Source of the DNA: Amoebidium appalachense
Lineage: Eukaryota; Protista; Ichthyosporea
Reading direction: 5' to 3'
Assembly (NCBI GenBank): GCA_963693365.1
Contig: CAVNZM010000017.1
Coordinates: 6,500,708-6,564,707 of the forward strand
Length of the DNA: 64,000 nucleotides
The notes under the pieces were generated by a model. That model saw only the letters and a list, made by a program, of their open reading frames with translations. It ran no database searches and was not told where the DNA came from. How positions within the stretch are numbered: position 1 is the stretch's first letter; the number at the start of each line of letters is the position of its first letter. Below are positions 62,254 through 64,000 of this stretch, piece by piece. The position numbers were made by a program, and so were the translations under genes.

Positions 62254-63066
62254 CTCTCCGGTTCAAACCGTAAGGTTGTAGGGAGGCGCCGGTCATTTGC
62301 CGAGCTTCAGGGGGACATATCATGCGTATACGAGGGATGCCGCCGTGTCTACGCATCGAGGCATGCCCTGCAGCAGGTGAATTCCCCACCCAACTTTCCC
62401 CAAACTTCACCCACACATCACCAGCCACCAGCCGGCGCGGCAATGCTCGCAGTAGAAGATTATGTGGTGACCCGCGAATTAATACAATATTGCCGGGCTT
62501 GAGTTACTGTTGGTTGGGAGACGGTGTGTGTGTGTGTGGTGGTTAGGTGGGTAGGTGGGTGGGGTTGCAGGGTTGGGGGGGGGGGGGGGGGGGGGGGGGT
62601 TTCACGAGTATCTGAAAGGGGGAAGGGGGAGGGTGTGAGGGGGGGGGGGGGGGGGGGTAGATAGCAAGTGGCTCGTTGCTCTGCCAGAGTCCTTTGCGTG
62701 CACACACACACACGTACCCACGTGTTTTCACAGCACATTCGGCTGAAGCACACAAACGGGGCACCCTCCAACCTCCCCAAGGACTATGGTGTGCGGGGCA
62801 GCGAATCAGATTGCGAGGGAAAGAGCCAAAATGGGCAGCCAGGTACAGATCCCAAATCATGCAACGATTCGTGCCGGGCTAGAAGGAACAAGGGTGGGGG
62901 AAAGGGGGAGGCGGGTCAGAGGGGAGGGGGTGGGGGGGGGGACGTGAGGTGAGATTGCAGGCCCGGGGGAGGGACTGGGGGAAAGAAGGGAGGGGCGGCG
63001 GGGGGGGGGGGGGGGGGGGGGGAGGTAAAAGAGAGATATGAGTGTGTGTACATGTGTGTGACACGT

Positions 63067-63097
<31 letters not shown>

Positions 63098-63302
63098 GGG
63101 CACATTTGAACCGATATAATCATACAGTCTTCCTCTCACTTTCTGAAGAATGAGCCCCCCCCCCCCCCCCCCCCCTGTCACTGTGGTAACTACTCCGGAA
63201 TGTAAGCCGGACAGGCGGTGATGTATGTACCACATGCTAACGTCCGTGTTCCCTGGCCTATATCCCCCTCCCCCCTTCCCCTCGTGCCCACCACAACTAC
63301 AT

Positions 63303-63333
<31 letters not shown>

Positions 63334-63911
63334 CACACACACAGTGACAGGGCATCCATTCAAGCGCCCACGCTCCGAGAGCGCGCCTGCAAGTTTTAGC
63401 AACACAAACACCTCCAGCATCCCGCCGATGAACCCCCCTACCCCTGTAAATTCCGAGCAACCGGTCGGATTCAGCAATAGCGCAGACCCACTCCCTCAAA
63501 CTTGGGCCGGTGCACATTCGGGGGGGGTCTGAAAAGCTTAGGCAACTCATAAGTATAACCAAATGTCTGCGCCAACTGCAAGCGCAATTGGCGATGGAGC
63601 TAGAAAGAGAAAATCCCGTCGCTTTGGCTTCAATAGGGGTGCATGGCAGCCCGAATTCTACGCTATTTTACGAACCCTCCATGCGACACCACTCGTTAGT
63701 TTCACCAACCACCCCGCGGTCTTTCTACCCGGAAACCTTCCACGGTATGGGAGACGTCTTGGGGGATTTGGGGTTTGGTGGAATGAGTTTGGATTTCTTG
63801 GGGGATTCTTCACCTTGGACCCCCCCTGAATCTTATGATGGGCAAGACCGCCACCATGAATGGTTCGAGTCTCAGGGACAGCCAATAAAATCGGGTATTC
63901 GGAGTTTGTGA
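62254..63911 (+). CDS. Single C2H2 zinc-finger protein (exons 62254-62376, 62734-62842, 63351-63911); first exon uncertain (candidate 61507-61616); apparent +1 G in G8 at 63520-63527
   Basis: RRRSFAELQGDISCVYEGCRRVYASRHALQQ|HIRLKH is C-x4-C-x12-H-x4-H split by a phase-0 intron; phases of the downstream exons match. Confidence 0.75.
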
Positions 63912-64000
63912 TGTAGAGCACGTGCAACAACCATTGAAAACGGTGTCACAACGGTTTCCCGGTTGGTATTTTGCATGATCATCGGCGTGATTGGTCGAAT

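Noticed and set aside
63520-63527. Programmed frameshift in the C2H2 gene (and at ~38860)
   Set aside because: Both shifts fall in G homopolymers in an assembly full of long homopolymers, so a sequencing error is more likely.

Overview
Eukaryotic genomic DNA, intron-rich, with very long poly-C/poly-G and (CA)n/(GT)n tracts. It is probably from a unicellular opisthokont-like organism, but the taxon cannot be determined from this window. Almost all ORFs in the supplied track are artefacts of simple repeats. Real genes were rebuilt by hand from GT-AG exons: (1) a minus-strand gene of at least 39 exons (203-23840, 3' end outside the window) encoding two UBA/CUE-like repeats, a PARP-type WGR domain, a DNMT5/Rad5-like SNF2 ATPase and a C3HC4 RING; (2) a two-exon secreted Cys-rich protein; (3) an intronless atypical bZIP factor; (4) RPL21; (5) a GOT1/GOLT1-like vesicle transport gene; (6) a single-finger C2H2 protein. 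The intervals 27-42 kb and 57-61 kb are repeat-rich. They hold LINE 3' remnants, a TA-flanked TIR element carrying a non-transposase ORF, a 39-bp TIR element with an 8-bp TSD, a large imperfect inverted repeat, palindrome arrays and an orphan GC-rich ORF. The most notable items are the UBA-WGR-SNF2-RING architecture and the unusual intron and splice-site organisation. All domain calls come from motif recognition by eye, not from database searches.
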